Below, in pieces: positions 1 through 10,311 of a stretch of 64,000 nt of DNA. Each line of letters opens with the position of its first letter. Within the stretch, counting starts at the first letter, position 1. A model generated the notes under the pieces. That model worked only from the letters and a program-made list of their open reading frames with translations. It did no database searches and was not told where the DNA came from. A program made the translations under genes and the position numbers. The DNA comes from Candidatus Woykebacteria bacterium (GTDB lineage Bacteria; Patescibacteriota; Microgenomatia; Woykebacterales; RBG-16-39-9b), in NCBI GenBank assembly GCA_040876345.1, contig JBBDPM010000001.1:33619-97618 (forward strand), written 5' to 3'.

Positions 1-2669
1 TTGGGGCCCCAGAGATAATTTTGCGCAATGAAAAAAGAATGCTTCAGGAGGCAGTCGATTCTTTAATTGATTCAACCCAGCGTCCGCAGGGTAGAGTAGC
101 TGCTGGGCAACAACTTCGCTCCCTCTCAGATATGTTAAAGGGGAAACAAGGGAGGTTTCGTCAGAACTTACTAGGTAAAAGAGTCGACTATTCCGGAAGA
201 AGTGTTATTGTTGTCGCTCCGGATATTAAACTAAACGAGTGTAGGGTGCCTAAAGAGATGGCACTAGAGCTCTTCAAACCATATGTGCTCCGTGAGTTGA
301 TTTTTCAAGGTTACGCGCCAAATGTAAAGAGTGCTAAAAACATCTTTGAGAGAAGAGGCGAGGAAGTGTGGGATATCTTAGAGTCAATAACTAAAAATCA
401 CCCAGTACTATTAAACCGAGCTCCAACTCTGCACCGTCTTGGTATTCAAGCCTTCTACCCTATACTAACTGAGGGTAACGCTATTGGTATCCACCCTTCA
501 GTTTGTGCTGGATATGGAGCCGATTTTGACGGAGACCAGATGGCAATTCATATACCACTTTCAAATGCGGCAATTGACGAATCAGCCAGCCTAATGATGT
601 CCACAAAGAACTTACTCAGACCTGCGGATGGTGAGCCCATTATGACTCCAAGGCAAGATGTATTCCTAGGTATATATTATCTGACAAAGATTGAGGGAGA
701 CGAGCCAAAGGGAATTTTTTCCAAAGATGAGGCCATCACCGCTTACCAAGCTGGAAGAATAAATATTAGAGACAGTATTAATGTTTTAATTGGTAAGGAA
801 TCTGCTGTTACCTCTGCTGGACGTATAATGTTTAACGAGCTGTTACCGGAAGAGATGAGGTTTCTTAATAAAGAAATAAAAGGGCCCGAGCTGAAAAATA
901 TTTTAACTTCTTGTCAGAGTCTTTTTGGTGCCGATCGTACCGTAGAGCTTATTGACGCAATTAAAGATTTAGGGTTCTATTTTGCTACGGTCTCCGGTAT
1001 TTCTATGGCTATATCAGATTGTGAGGTAATTCCTGAAAAGGCAGAATTAATCAGCAAGTCAGATGGTAAAGCAGAAGAGATAGAAAACAACTTTAAGAGA
1101 GGGTTAATTACTGAGACTGAAAAAACTCGGCTTATTGAGGAGATTTGGTCTGATGTCACCGCTGATATTGACGAGCGAACCTGGAAAAATTTAAGTGAAA
1201 GTAACCCACTCCGCCTTATGCAAGAATCTGGTTCTCGAGGATCAAGAGACCAGATAAAACAACTTGCGGGCATGAGAGGTTTAGTTGCAGACCCTCTCGG
1301 TAGAATAGTTGAGCTACCATCAAAAAGTAACTTTAGGGAAGGGCTCGATGTTTATGAATACTTCACTTCCACTCGAGGGGCCAGAAAAGGACTTGTGGAT
1401 AAAGCGTTGAAGACTGCCGATGCTGGTTACCTCACTCGAAGATTGGTTGATGTAGCCCATGACGTTTTGGTGCGAGATGAAGATTGCGGCACGAAAGAAG
1501 GTATCGAAATTATAGATGAGCAAAACAGAACTACCCCAATTGCAGATAGGCTTTTTGGGAGGGTTTTAGCTGAAGATTTGGTTGATGATAATGGCAAGAT
1601 AGTTTTCAAAAAAGGGGAACTATTAATAGAGGGAAGCTTCGACACTCTTAAAAAAGTTAAGTTCTCAAAAGTTAAGATACGATCCCCGCTTACCTGTGAG
1701 ACTAAATACGGTGTTTGTATGACTTGTTACGGTGTGGATTTGTCTGTTAAAAAAACGGTCGGAATTGGAACCCCGGTGGGTGTTATTGCCGCTCAGTCTA
1801 TCGGTGAGCCAGGAACCCAACTTACAATGCGTACGTTTCATTTAGGTGGTGTTGTCGGTTTGGACATAACCCAAGGGCTGCCCCGTGTAGATGAAATTTT
1901 TGAAGCACGCTTGCCCAAAACACCGGCGGTTGTCACCGAAATAAGTGGTAAGTTAGAGGTTATTGAGGACGATGAAGTTAGAAAAGTAAGAGTAACCGCC
2001 GAGGATAAATCAGGAAAGCTCGAAAAAGAATACATAATCCCAGTTTCTGTGGAACTTATCGTTAAGGATGGAGAACTAGTTGCGGCTGGCGACCGCCTCA
2101 CCGGTGGTCACCTTGACCTCAAGATAGTATTGGAAACGAGAGGCATTAGGGCAGTTCAGCAATACGTAATATCCGAGCTTCAAAAAGTTTATGAATCACA
2201 GGGAGCTCCAATAAACGATAAGCATTTTGAAGTTATCGTTCGAAAAATGGGAGAAAAAGTTAAGATAGAATCTTCCGGTGATACATCTCTTCTTCCGGGG
2301 GAACTCGTCGACAAGGTCAAATTTGCTGAAGAAAACGCCAAGGTGTTAGCCGAGGGTGGGGAGCCCGCAACCGCCTCAGTGGTTATTTTAGGTATTACGA
2401 GAGCCGCTTTATACACTGACTCAGTACTTTCGGCGGCTAGTTTCCAGGAAACGACTTCTGTTCTTCGGGATGCAGCGATTTCCGGAAAAATTGACTATTT
2501 AAGAGGTCTTAAGGAAAATGTCATAATTGGGAGGCTTATTCCTATCGGTGAAAATGCTAGACTGGATAAAAAGAAGGATTCTCAGGCAATTGAGAAATCT
2601 GTCATAGCAGCTGAAGAGATGAAACTTTCGAAGCTTCGCCTAAAAGAGAAAAAACCAGTCGCGGCTTAG
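1..2669 (+). CDS. rpoC: DNA-directed RNA polymerase subunit beta' (C-terminal ~880 aa; 5' end lies upstream of window)
   Basis: ORF 21..2669 open to window edge; catalytic loop GADFDGDQM and conserved beta' C-terminal domains. Confidence 0.95.
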   Translation, partial: GAPEIILRNEKRMLQEAVDSLIDSTQRPQGRVAAGQQLRSLSDMLKGKQGRFRQNLLGKRVDYSGRSVIVVAPDIKLNECRVPKEMALELFKPYVLRELIFQGYAPNVKSAKNIFERRGEEVWDILESITKNHPVLLNRAPTLHRLGIQAFYPILTEGNAIGIHPSVCAGYGADFDGDQMAIHIPLSNAAIDESASLMMSTKNLLRPADGEPIMTPRQDVFLGIYYLTKIEGDEPKGIFSKDEAITAYQAGRINIRDSINVLIGKESAVTSAGRIMFNELLPEEMRFLNKEIKGPELKNILTSCQSLFGADRTVELIDAIKDLGFYFATVSGISMAISDCEVIPEKAELISKSDGKAEEIENNFKRGLITETEKTRLIEEIWSDVTADIDERTWKNLSESNPLRLMQESGSRGSRDQIKQLAGMRGLVADPLGRIVELPSKSNFREGLDVYEYFTSTRGARKGLVDKALKTADAGYLTRRLVDVAHDVLVRDEDCGTKEGIEIIDEQNRTTPIADRLFGRVLAEDLVDDNGKIVFKKGELLIEGSFDTLKKVKFSKVKIRSPLTCETKYGVCMTCYGVDLSVKKTVGIGTPVGVIAAQSIGEPGTQLTMRTFHLGGVVGLDITQGLPRVDEIFEARLPKTPAVVTEISGKLEVIEDDEVRKVRVTAEDKSGKLEKEYIIPVSVELIVKDGELVAAGDRLTGGHLDLKIVLETRGIRAVQQYVISELQKVYESQGAPINDKHFEVIVRKMGEKVKIESSGDTSLLPGELVDKVKFAEENAKVLAEGGEPATASVVILGITRAALYTDSVLSAASFQETTSVLRDAAISGKIDYLRGLKENVIIGRLIPIGENARLDKKKDSQAIEKSVIAAEEMKLSKLRLKEKKPVAA

Positions 2670-3269
2670 CTAAATTATCATAACTTTTTCTATTACGTCG
2701 CCAATTTGGATTTTATCCACCGCGTCCATTCCCTTAGTAACTTTGCCAAAGATCGTATACTTTTTTGGTAGATCCTTATTATCTGCTAGTAGAATAAAAA
2801 ATTGGCTTCCATTAGTATTTGGGCCAGAATTGGCCATTGCTACAATTCCGCGGTCATAGTTTCTGAGAACCTTTTCGTCTTCAAACTTGTAGCCAGGACC
2901 GCCAGAACCATCTCCTTTTGGGTCTCCCCCTTGGATTACAAAACCTTCTTCTCGGCGGTGAAAGTTAAGGCCGTCATAAAAACCCTCTTTCGCCAAGAAA
3001 ACAAAGTTGCTGACTGTTTTTGGAGCCTCGGCCCCGAAAAGTTCAATCTCAATACCTCCTTTGGCAGTTTTTATCACCGCCTTTTTCGCGTTTAGTTCTG
3101 CCGTTGGTAAAACTCCAGGGAATTTGTCATAAGTTTTTTTGGAAGGTGCAGCACTGCTTGAAGCCTCGTTAGTTGAAGTTGTTTTGTATTCTTCACCAGA
3201 TTGAATCAACACAAATATTGCTCCTCCTATCATCGCTAAAACTATTAAAATATATCCAATATTTTTCAC
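2670..3269 (-). CDS. peptidyl-prolyl cis-trans isomerase, cyclophilin type, N-terminal membrane anchor
   Basis: 199 aa; cyclophilin motifs FHRREEGFVIQGGDP, GIVAMANSGPNTNGSQFFI; N-terminal hydrophobic helix. Confidence 0.85.
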   Translation of the reverse strand: MKNIGYILIVLAMIGGAIFVLIQSGEEYKTTSTNEASSSAAPSKKTYDKFPGVLPTAELNAKKAVIKTAKGGIEIELFGAEAPKTVSNFVFLAKEGFYDGLNFHRREEGFVIQGGDPKGDGSGGPGYKFEDEKVLRNYDRGIVAMANSGPNTNGSQFFILLADNKDLPKKYTIFGKVTKGMDAVDKIQIGDVIEKVMII

Positions 3270-3307
3270 AGACTTTCATATTATATCATGAGAGTAGTTA
3301 AGATATT

Positions 3308-3658
3308 CTATTGACCTTTGAGTTCTTTAAGACGGGAGTCGGAGATGCCGAAGTGGTGGGCGATTTCGTGCTGGACTGTGTCCGTCACTAGTTTTTTTAT
3401 TACGTCTTTGTTTTCATGCGAAACAAGTTCAATTGGCCCTTTAAAAATAGTTATTTTGTCGGGTAGTGCCATTGTGTAGCCAGAGCCTCTTTTTGTTTTC
3501 GGGACACCTTGGTAAAGACCAAGCAATAATCTACTCCCCATTGGATACGAAGGCCACTCTTCCACGACCACATCAACATTATCCAACCGCTCTTTAAAAA
3601 AAGAGGGTAGCTTATCTAAAGATTCGGTTACAAGAAACTCGAATTCTTCGTAAGTCAT
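3308..3658 (-). CDS. zincin-like metallopeptidase (DUF1025-like), HExxH-type
   Basis: 116 aa; motif HEIAHHFGISD near C-terminus typical of small zincin-like proteins. Confidence 0.5.
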   Translation of the reverse strand: MTYEEFEFLVTESLDKLPSFFKERLDNVDVVVEEWPSYPMGSRLLLGLYQGVPKTKRGSGYTMALPDKITIFKGPIELVSHENKDVIKKLVTDTVQHEIAHHFGISDSRLKELKGQ

Positions 3659-3674
3659 GCGGAACTATCTAATT

Positions 3675-3947
3675 TTACCCTTCTCTTGGGGGTCTTGCTT
3701 CGTTAACTACAATTGCCCGACCGTCCATGTCTGAACCGTTGAATTTCTCAATTGCTTTTGCTACATCATCATCGTTTGCCATTTCAACAAAACCAAAACC
3801 GCGAGACCTACCAGTCATTCTATCCGTAATTACGTTTGCAGATGTTACTTCACCAACCTGAGAAAAGAGATCTTTCAATTCATCAGAAGTTGTTGAAAAA
3901 GGTAGGCTTCCAACAAATAATTTTTTAGCCATGAAATTAAACTTCAC
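3675..3947 (-). CDS. RNA-binding protein with RRM domain
   Basis: 90 aa; RNP-2 LFVGSLP and RNP-1 RGFGFVEM motifs. Confidence 0.8.
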   Translation of the reverse strand: MKFNFMAKKLFVGSLPFSTTSDELKDLFSQVGEVTSANVITDRMTGRSRGFGFVEMANDDDVAKAIEKFNGSDMDGRAIVVNEARPPREG

Positions 3948-4118
3948 CCCCTTCGGGTACTTAAAGTTACACTATTCCTTTTTTCTGCAAGGGAAACTTT
4001 CAGAGGAAGGAAACTGTGCTAGATTATAAATAGTACGAGCTAATTTTACTCAACTGAGGCTCAAAAGTCAATTACTTCTTACTTGCACAAACCCCTCTTT
4101 TGAAGTAGCATTTTTAGT

Positions 4119-5246
4119 ATGGATTTTTATGCGGAAGCTATCGCGCAAGCGAAGAAATTGGGTGGAAAAATAGAGATAAAGTCCAAAATCAAGATTCAAG
4201 ATAAGGAAGATTTGTCGATAGCTTACACGCCTGGTGTAGCTGGAGTATCTTTAGAAATAGCCAAAGATAGAAGTAAAGTCTGGGATTTAACAACTAAGGC
4301 AAATTCAGTCGCCGTAGTGTCGGATGGAAGTGCCGTTTTGGGACTTGGGGACATTGGGCCTGAGGCGGCACTGCCGGTAATGGAGGGTAAATGCGTTTTG
4401 TTTAAAGAATTTGCAAATGTTGATGCCTACCCTATTGTTCTAAACACAAAGAGTGTCGATGAAATTGTGTCGACAGTTTCAGCAATTGCTTCAGGTTTTG
4501 GAGGGATAAATCTAGAAGATATTTCTGCGCCACGTTGTTTTGAGATTGAAGACTCACTTCAAGATCTTGGTATTCCAGTGTTTCATGATGACCAACACGG
4601 TACGGCAATTGTGGTACTGGCCGCTTTGCTAAATTCACTTAAAGTGGTAGGTAAAGAATTGGACGATATCAAGGTAGTTATTTTTGGAGCTGGAGCGGCT
4701 GGATTGGCAGTTGCAAGAATTATCAATCCAGCCTCGATTGTCCTCATTGACTCTAAAGGGCCGATAAATTCTGAAAGGAAAGATCTGAATGACTATAAAG
4801 CAGAAATTTTGGCCGGCGAAAATTATCTTCAAGCTTCAACTTTGGAAGAAGCCTTTAGCGGGGCCGATGTTTTTATTGGCGTTTCTGGCAAAGGTAAGAT
4901 AGATCAAGGTCTTATCAAGCGGATGAATAAGAAGCCGATAATTTTCGCTCTTTCTAACCCAGATCCAGAGATTATGCCGGAAGAGGCAAAAAAGGCAGGG
5001 GCCTCTATTGTGGCAACTGGCAGGAGCGATTTTCCAAACCAAATAAATAATGTGCTTGCGTTTCCAGGAATTTTCCGGGGAGCTTTAGATAATAAAATTA
5101 AAAGAATCGATACAAAAATCAAGATAAAAGCAGCTGATGCTTTAGCAGGAATAGTCGAAAAACCAACCTCCGAGCAGATTTTGCCATCTCCATTCTCCAA
5201 AGAAGTTGTTAAGGTAGTAGCCACCGCGGTCAGAAATTATGATTAA
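4119..5246 (+). CDS. NAD(P)-dependent malic enzyme (short form)
   Basis: 375 aa; malic-enzyme signature region AYTPGVA..., Rossmann GAGAAG, ACT-less short architecture. Confidence 0.8.
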   Translation: MDFYAEAIAQAKKLGGKIEIKSKIKIQDKEDLSIAYTPGVAGVSLEIAKDRSKVWDLTTKANSVAVVSDGSAVLGLGDIGPEAALPVMEGKCVLFKEFANVDAYPIVLNTKSVDEIVSTVSAIASGFGGINLEDISAPRCFEIEDSLQDLGIPVFHDDQHGTAIVVLAALLNSLKVVGKELDDIKVVIFGAGAAGLAVARIINPASIVLIDSKGPINSERKDLNDYKAEILAGENYLQASTLEEAFSGADVFIGVSGKGKIDQGLIKRMNKKPIIFALSNPDPEIMPEEAKKAGASIVATGRSDFPNQINNVLAFPGIFRGALDNKIKRIDTKIKIKAADALAGIVEKPTSEQILPSPFSKEVVKVVATAVRNYD

Positions 5247-6354
5247 CCATGACAACCTTGGCCCAGAAAAGTTGTTGGAAGTTTACGATCCAAAAACTGG
5301 CATGAGAGGCCTTTTGGTAATTGATAACACTTGGCTTGGGGTGGGTAAAGGTGGTTTGAGGATGACTCCGAACGTTAGCCTCAAAGAAATTTTCCATTTG
5401 GCGCGGGTGATGACTTACAAAAACGCTTTAGCCGAACTACCATTTGGTGGGGCCAAATCTGGAATAATCGCCGATCCAAAGAAGATTTCCAAGGTAGAAA
5501 AATTTGAGCTTGTGCGGGCTTTCTCCAAAGCCATTAAAGATCTTTGCCCCTCTCTCTATGTTACTGGACCAGATGTTAACACAGGAGAGCGCGAGATGGC
5601 CGAGTTTGTGAGTGCTAATGGATCTCTAAAGTCCGCCACAGGGAAGCCAGCGGATATGTGTGTAAAACCTGGGGTTGAGTGTGGTATTCCCCATGAATTT
5701 GGCTCAACTGGATTCGGAGTGGTTCAAGCCACCTTGGAAGCAATCGAATTTTCAGGAAAAAAAGTCAAAGACATGAAGGTAGCAATTGCTGGGTTTGGTA
5801 ACGTTGGCACCTTTGCGGCAAGTCTTTTAGATAAGGAAGGAGCAAAAATTGTAGCTATATCTGATAGCTCAGGAACAACTTGTAATCCAAGCGGTTTAAA
5901 TGTCCAAAAAGTTTTTGATGTTAAAAAGGAAAAAGGAAGTGCTGGCGAAAATCCGGATGGGGAAAAATTGAGGCCAGAAGAAATCTATGGTTTGGAGGTT
6001 GATATTCTTATTCCAGCCTCTTTAGGCGGGGTTATAAATGAAACTAATGCAGGTGCGGTGAGATCAAAAATAATTGTGGAAGCTGCAAATCTACCAGTTA
6101 GTAAGGAAGCAGAGGAAGAGCTAAACAAGCGCAATATTTTAATTATTCCCGATATTATTGCCAATGCGGGTGGAGTTGTCTCTTCCTACGCCGAGTATCG
6201 GGGTTATAACCCAAAACAAATGTTTAAGCTAGTTGAGAGGAAAATTAAGAAAAATGTTAAAATGATTTTGGAAAAATCAAAAGAAGAAAAAAAGACCCCT
6301 CGCGAAGCTGCGTTAGAAATTGCTACCGAAAGATTAAATAAATCCCGCACCTAG
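5239..6354 (+). CDS. Glu/Leu/Phe/Val dehydrogenase family protein (glutamate dehydrogenase-like)
   Basis: 371 aa; catalytic-lysine motif LPFGGAKSGI, NAD-binding GFGNVG. Confidence 0.8.
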   Translation: MINHDNLGPEKLLEVYDPKTGMRGLLVIDNTWLGVGKGGLRMTPNVSLKEIFHLARVMTYKNALAELPFGGAKSGIIADPKKISKVEKFELVRAFSKAIKDLCPSLYVTGPDVNTGEREMAEFVSANGSLKSATGKPADMCVKPGVECGIPHEFGSTGFGVVQATLEAIEFSGKKVKDMKVAIAGFGNVGTFAASLLDKEGAKIVAISDSSGTTCNPSGLNVQKVFDVKKEKGSAGENPDGEKLRPEEIYGLEVDILIPASLGGVINETNAGAVRSKIIVEAANLPVSKEAEEELNKRNILIIPDIIANAGGVVSSYAEYRGYNPKQMFKLVERKIKKNVKMILEKSKEEKKTPREAALEIATERLNKSRT

Positions 6355-6494
6355 TAATCTGTCGTAATAATCCTAAATTTAAAGTAAGCTACCTACAAAA
6401 CCAATACCCGATACCCATAGTGTAATATTCCAAGTAATTATGATACAATTCGCTCGACTCAGATCCGATAAGTTCAACAAAGAAGGAGGGAATC

Positions 6495-6896
6495 GTGAAT
6501 TACGGTATTCTGCTCAGAATGGAAGAGCGTCCAGGCGGCTCAATGATGAGCGTTGGGCATATCCCGGTAGAAGCCAGGGGACTCTCAGAAGCGACTCGTG
6601 CCGCCTCCCGACTTCTGGCGGAGGGCAAGATCCAAATACCAGCGCCGTTGAAGAGTCTCTGGAAGACAATCTCGATGGGCGGACACATCGTGGAAGCCGA
6701 ACCTGGTGTGTGGGTAGACGCAGATGACTATGAGAAGATCCTTCATTGGACACCTCCGCTGCCCCGCATTCTACTACGGGTTCTTTCCCGATGGATCGAA
6801 CCACAGACGAATCTGAAAAGGAGTCAGATGATGGCGGCACTTGTCGGGACAGGTTGGGGTGACGCAGAACAGGCTTTCGTTTCTATCCTTCGTTAG
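6495..6896 (+). CDS. hypothetical protein, GC-rich, GTG start with strong Shine-Dalgarno (GAAGGAGGG 5 nt upstream)
   Basis: 133-aa ORF; local GC ~58% versus ~40% flanks; consensus SD; antisense ORFs in same span are low-complexity artefacts of GC-richness. Confidence 0.45.
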   Translation: MNYGILLRMEERPGGSMMSVGHIPVEARGLSEATRAASRLLAEGKIQIPAPLKSLWKTISMGGHIVEAEPGVWVDADDYEKILHWTPPLPRILLRVLSRWIEPQTNLKRSQMMAALVGTGWGDAEQAFVSILR

Positions 6897-7017
6897 CCCC
6901 CGCCTTGGGATTATCCAAGATCTTGGTGCCCGAAGAAACCACCTCGGGCGCCACCTTCTCCAGTTGATAATAAAGATCATTTTGTATATAGGATTGTTCG
7001 TAGCCAAATTCATTTAC

Positions 7018-7046
7018 TTGATTTTATTTTTTGAGGTATGTATAAT
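7018..7046 (+). promoter_or_regulatory. sigma70-type promoter of rpsL operon: TTGATT-17-TATAAT, ATG 8 nt after -10 (leaderless or near-leaderless)
   Basis: TTGATT 7018-7023, 17-nt spacer, TATAAT 7041-7046, rpsL ATG 7055. Confidence 0.55.
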
Positions 7047-7054
7047 CCCCAGTT

Positions 7055-7468
7055 ATGCCGACGATAACGCAGCTTGTTCGAAAAGGTAGAAAAAAGGTAG
7101 GCAAAAAAGTTAAGGCCACTGCTTTGCGTGGCTCTTTTAATGCAACGGCCAGGAGAACTACTCCAACTTTTAACCCCCAAAAAAGGGGTGTTTGTGTGGT
7201 GGTAAAGACAATGACTCCAAAGAAACCAAACTCAGCCCTTCGAAAAGTGGCCAGAGTCCGGCTCTCCAATCGGAAAGAAATTACTGCTTACATCCCAGGA
7301 ATTGGACACAGCCTGCAAGAGCACTCAATTGTTTTGGTTCGAGGCGGTAGAGTTAAAGACCTTCCGGGTGTTAAGTACCATGTTATAAGAGGCCATTACG
7401 ATACCGGTGGAGTTGAGGGCAGAAAACAAAGTAGAAGTTTGTACGGGACGAAACAACCCAAAGAGTAA
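7055..7468 (+). CDS. rpsL: 30S ribosomal protein S12
   Basis: 137 aa; [11 protein letters not shown]... canonical S12. Confidence 0.97.
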   Translation: MPTITQLVRKGRKKVGKKVKATALRGSFNATARRTTPTFNPQKRGVCVVVKTMTPKKPNSALRKVARVRLSNRKEITAYIPGIGHSLQEHSIVLVRGGRVKDLPGVKYHVIRGHYDTGGVEGRKQSRSLYGTKQPKE

Positions 7469-7540
7469 TGAGTTGTGGACTCCAGGTTTTTATCTTATAA
7501 TTAGCAACCCAGAACTCAATCTTAACTTACTAACTAAATT

Positions 7541-8014
7541 ATGCGCGGAAAACGAGCAGAAAAAAGAAAACTTATACCCGACCCAATCTATAATAGTAGG
7601 GTTCTTACTCGATTTGTAAACAGACTGATGCGCGATGGTAAGAAAACAGTCGCTCAGAAAATAGTTTACGATGCTCTGGAAGATATTAAAAAGCAGGATA
7701 AAAATCCCCTTGAAGTTTTTGAGACTGCAATGCGCAATGTAGCCCCTAAAATGGAAGTCCACCCGCGCCGTGTAGGCGGGGCAAGTTACCAAATACCGAC
7801 AGAAGTGAAGGGGGATCGACGTGAAGCTTTAGCAATTCGCTGGATTATAGCCTCTGCGAAATCAAGATCAAGCTCTGAGTATAAAAGTATGAAAGCAAAA
7901 CTCGCCGCTGAGTTCTCCGACGCAGCAGCCGGTACCGGTGCTGCAATCAAGAAAAGAGATGATACTCACCGGATGGCGGAAGCTAATAAAGCCTTCGCCC
8001 ATTTTCGTTGGTAA
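7541..8014 (+). CDS. rpsG: 30S ribosomal protein S7
   Basis: 157 aa canonical S7 N-terminus and length. Confidence 0.97.
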   Translation: MRGKRAEKRKLIPDPIYNSRVLTRFVNRLMRDGKKTVAQKIVYDALEDIKKQDKNPLEVFETAMRNVAPKMEVHPRRVGGASYQIPTEVKGDRREALAIRWIIASAKSRSSSEYKSMKAKLAAEFSDAAAGTGAAIKKRDDTHRMAEANKAFAHFRW

Positions 8015-8065
8015 TTTATAGTCAGATCATCGGCCGCACGTCTAAAATTTTCCCCTCATCCAACG

Positions 8066-8094
8066 TTGACAGCTTGAATGCTTTCTGATATCAT
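8066..8094 (+). promoter_or_regulatory. candidate promoter TTGACA-17-TATCAT in rpsG-fusA spacer
   Basis: TTGACA 8066-8071, 17-nt spacer, TATCAT 8089-8094. Confidence 0.4.
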
Positions 8095-8139
8095 CCTCAA
8101 GTTCCGTCTACGCACAAATTTTTCAGCGAGACAAGTCGA

Positions 8140-8160
8140 ACACCAGTAAGGTGTTTTTTC
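8140..8160 (+). terminator. intrinsic terminator-like hairpin ACACC-agtaa-GGTGT followed by TTTTTC
   Basis: 5-bp GC-containing stem, 5-nt loop, U-tract; lies between candidate promoter and fusA. Confidence 0.45.
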
Positions 8161-8170
8161 ATGCCTAAAA

Positions 8171-8179
8171 TGTTATAAT
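8171..8179 (+). promoter_or_regulatory. extended -10 (TGTTATAAT) upstream of fusA
   Basis: TGnTATAAT at 8171-8179, fusA ATG 8194. Confidence 0.45.
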
Positions 8180-8193
8180 TTAGGTTCAGAGTT

Positions 8194-10311
8194 ATGGCTA
8201 AAGAAGTATCTCTCGAGAAAATTAGAAACATCGGAATTATTGCTCATATTGATGCCGGCAAGACTACCGTTACTGAGCGTGTTCTTTTCTATACTGGTAA
8301 AACTTACAAAATCGGTGAGGTTCATGAGGGGGCAGCGGTTATGGATTGGATGGCCCAGGAAAGAGAGCGTGGGATCACAATTACCTCGGCTGCTACCACC
8401 GCCTTTTGGACTACAGGAAGCGGCCCCTTCAAAGATGAAAGGCACCGAATCAACATTATCGATACCCCCGGCCACGTAGATTTTACGGCTGAGGTTGAGC
8501 GCTCCCTTAGGGTTTTAGACGGGGCGGTAGTTGTTTTTGACGGAAAAATGGGGGTTGAGCCCCAAAGTGAGACTGTCTGGCGACAAGCCGATAAATACAA
8601 AGTTCCCCGGATCTGCTTCATTAACAAACTGGACGCTATTGGTGGGGATTTTTACATGAGCCTCTCTACAATAAAAGAGAGACTTGGTGCCAACGCCCAC
8701 CCGATTCAGATTCCAATTGGCGAGGAGGGCAACTTTAAGGGTGTAGTGGATCTTATCTCTCGTAAGGCGATACTTTTTGCTAGTGAGCTTGGAGATCATC
8801 CTGAGATGGCCGATGTTCCCGCTGAGTCTAAAGACAAAGTTGAAGAATACCGTGCGAAATTAGTTGAGGCTATCGCCGAGCATTCAACCGACACTCTTTT
8901 AGAAAAATATCTTCATGGAGGTGAACTTAGTGAAGATGAATTAAGAGAAGGTTTGCGACAGGCGACTATTGCTACGAAGGTTATCCCGGTAATGGCCGGA
9001 AGCGCTTTGAAAAATAAAGGTGTTCAGCCCTTGCTTGATGCGGTAGTTGATTTTCTACCCTCCCCACTTGACCTACCCCCAGTTGTGGGTATAAATCCAA
9101 AAACAGATCAGGAGGAAGAGAGAAAAACAAGTGACGAAGAGCCCTTTTCCGCACTCGCTTTTAAAGTAATGACCGATCCGTTTGTTGGCAGACTCACCTA
9201 TTTTAGGGTGTACTCTGGAAAACTCGGGGCCGGATCTTATTTATACAATTCTACCAAAGACACAAAAGAAAGAGTCGGTAGAATTCTCTTAATGCACGCA
9301 AACGCTCGGCAAGAACTTCAGGATATTTCTGCCGGTGAAATTGGGGCCGCCGTTGGTTTGAAGCAGACTTTCACTGGAGATACCCTTTGCGATGAGACAA
9401 AGCCGATTGTGCTTGAGTCTATTAAATTTCCGGAGCCGGTTATTTCTTTGGCAATTGAGCCCAAAACAAAGGCAGACCAGGAAAAAATGGGCCTTTCTCT
9501 AGCTAAGCTTTCCGAGGAAGATCCAACCTTTAGGCTCAAAACAGATCATGAAACTGGACAATCAATAATCTCCGGTATGGGAGAGCTCCATTTGGATATT
9601 ATTGTTGATCGAATGAAGCGAGAATTTGGAGTGGAGGCAAATGTCGGTAAGCCCCAGGTTGCTTATAAAGAAACAATAAAGAAAACTGCTAAAGGAGAAG
9701 GTAAATATATTCGCCAAACTGGAGGTAGAGGCCAGTATGGTCATTGTTTCCTAAGAATTGAGCCCAGAGGCAGAGGTGAGGGTAATGAGTTTAAAAACGA
9801 GATCGTCGGGGGTTCAATCCCCAGAGAATTTATTCCCGCTATTGAAAAAGGGGTCAAGTCCGCTCTGGAAAACGGGGTTTTAGCTGGCTACCCAATGGTC
9901 GACATGCAAGTGGCAGTTTATGACGGTAGCTTTCATGATGTAGATTCTTCAGAAGAAGCGTTTAAAATTGCTGGGTCCCTAGCTCTAAAAGAAGCTACCA
10001 AGAGTGCCGACGCCACAATTTTGGAGCCAATAATGAGTCTAGAGGTTATTGCTCCTGAAGAATTTATGGGTGATATAATCGGCGACCTTTCTAGTAAAAG
10101 AGCGAGAATTGAAGGTACAGAGCCTCGCGGTAATGTTAGAGTGATAAAATCCTTGGTTCCCCTCTCGGAGATGTTTGGTTACGCAACAAATTTGAGAAGC
10201 CAAACTCAAGGCAGAGCAAGTTTTAGTTTGGAACCCTCTCACTACGAAGAAGTGCCGCAAAGTGTTTTGAATAATATTGTTAGTGTTAGCAAGGGAAATA
10301 GCAGTTCCTGA
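8194..10311 (+). CDS. fusA: translation elongation factor G
   Basis: 705 aa; G-domain [21 protein letters not shown]; full EF-G domain set. Confidence 0.97.
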   Translation: MAKEVSLEKIRNIGIIAHIDAGKTTVTERVLFYTGKTYKIGEVHEGAAVMDWMAQERERGITITSAATTAFWTTGSGPFKDERHRINIIDTPGHVDFTAEVERSLRVLDGAVVVFDGKMGVEPQSETVWRQADKYKVPRICFINKLDAIGGDFYMSLSTIKERLGANAHPIQIPIGEEGNFKGVVDLISRKAILFASELGDHPEMADVPAESKDKVEEYRAKLVEAIAEHSTDTLLEKYLHGGELSEDELREGLRQATIATKVIPVMAGSALKNKGVQPLLDAVVDFLPSPLDLPPVVGINPKTDQEEERKTSDEEPFSALAFKVMTDPFVGRLTYFRVYSGKLGAGSYLYNSTKDTKERVGRILLMHANARQELQDISAGEIGAAVGLKQTFTGDTLCDETKPIVLESIKFPEPVISLAIEPKTKADQEKMGLSLAKLSEEDPTFRLKTDHETGQSIISGMGELHLDIIVDRMKREFGVEANVGKPQVAYKETIKKTAKGEGKYIRQTGGRGQYGHCFLRIEPRGRGEGNEFKNEIVGGSIPREFIPAIEKGVKSALENGVLAGYPMVDMQVAVYDGSFHDVDSSEEAFKIAGSLALKEATKSADATILEPIMSLEVIAPEEFMGDIIGDLSSKRARIEGTEPRGNVRVIKSLVPLSEMFGYATNLRSQTQGRASFSLEPSHYEEVPQSVLNNIVSVSKGNSSS

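Noticed and set aside
977-2416. Five antisense ORFs inside rpoC, and similar antisense or overlapping ORFs inside fusA, tuf, secY, rpoA, rny, recA etc.
   Set aside because: Shadow ORFs of highly conserved genes, with low-complexity translations.
4040-4118. TGTGCTAGATT and TAGCATTTTTAG fragments resembling the promoter module upstream of malic enzyme
   Set aside because: Only partial matches (8/9 and ~10 nt). May simply be the native promoter. Not counted as a module copy.
6440-6900. GC-rich segment considered as a structured RNA gene (RNase P RNA, tmRNA or SRP RNA)
   Set aside because: No GGAAAGUCCGG/P4 motifs and no tRNA-like 3' end (candidate T-arm at ~6779 does not pair). A 133-codon ORF with a consensus SD and GTG start explains it better.
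8194-10311. Alternative genetic code (UGA recoding as in some CPR)
   Set aside because: fusA and several other conserved genes terminate with TGA at the expected positions, so the standard bacterial code applies.
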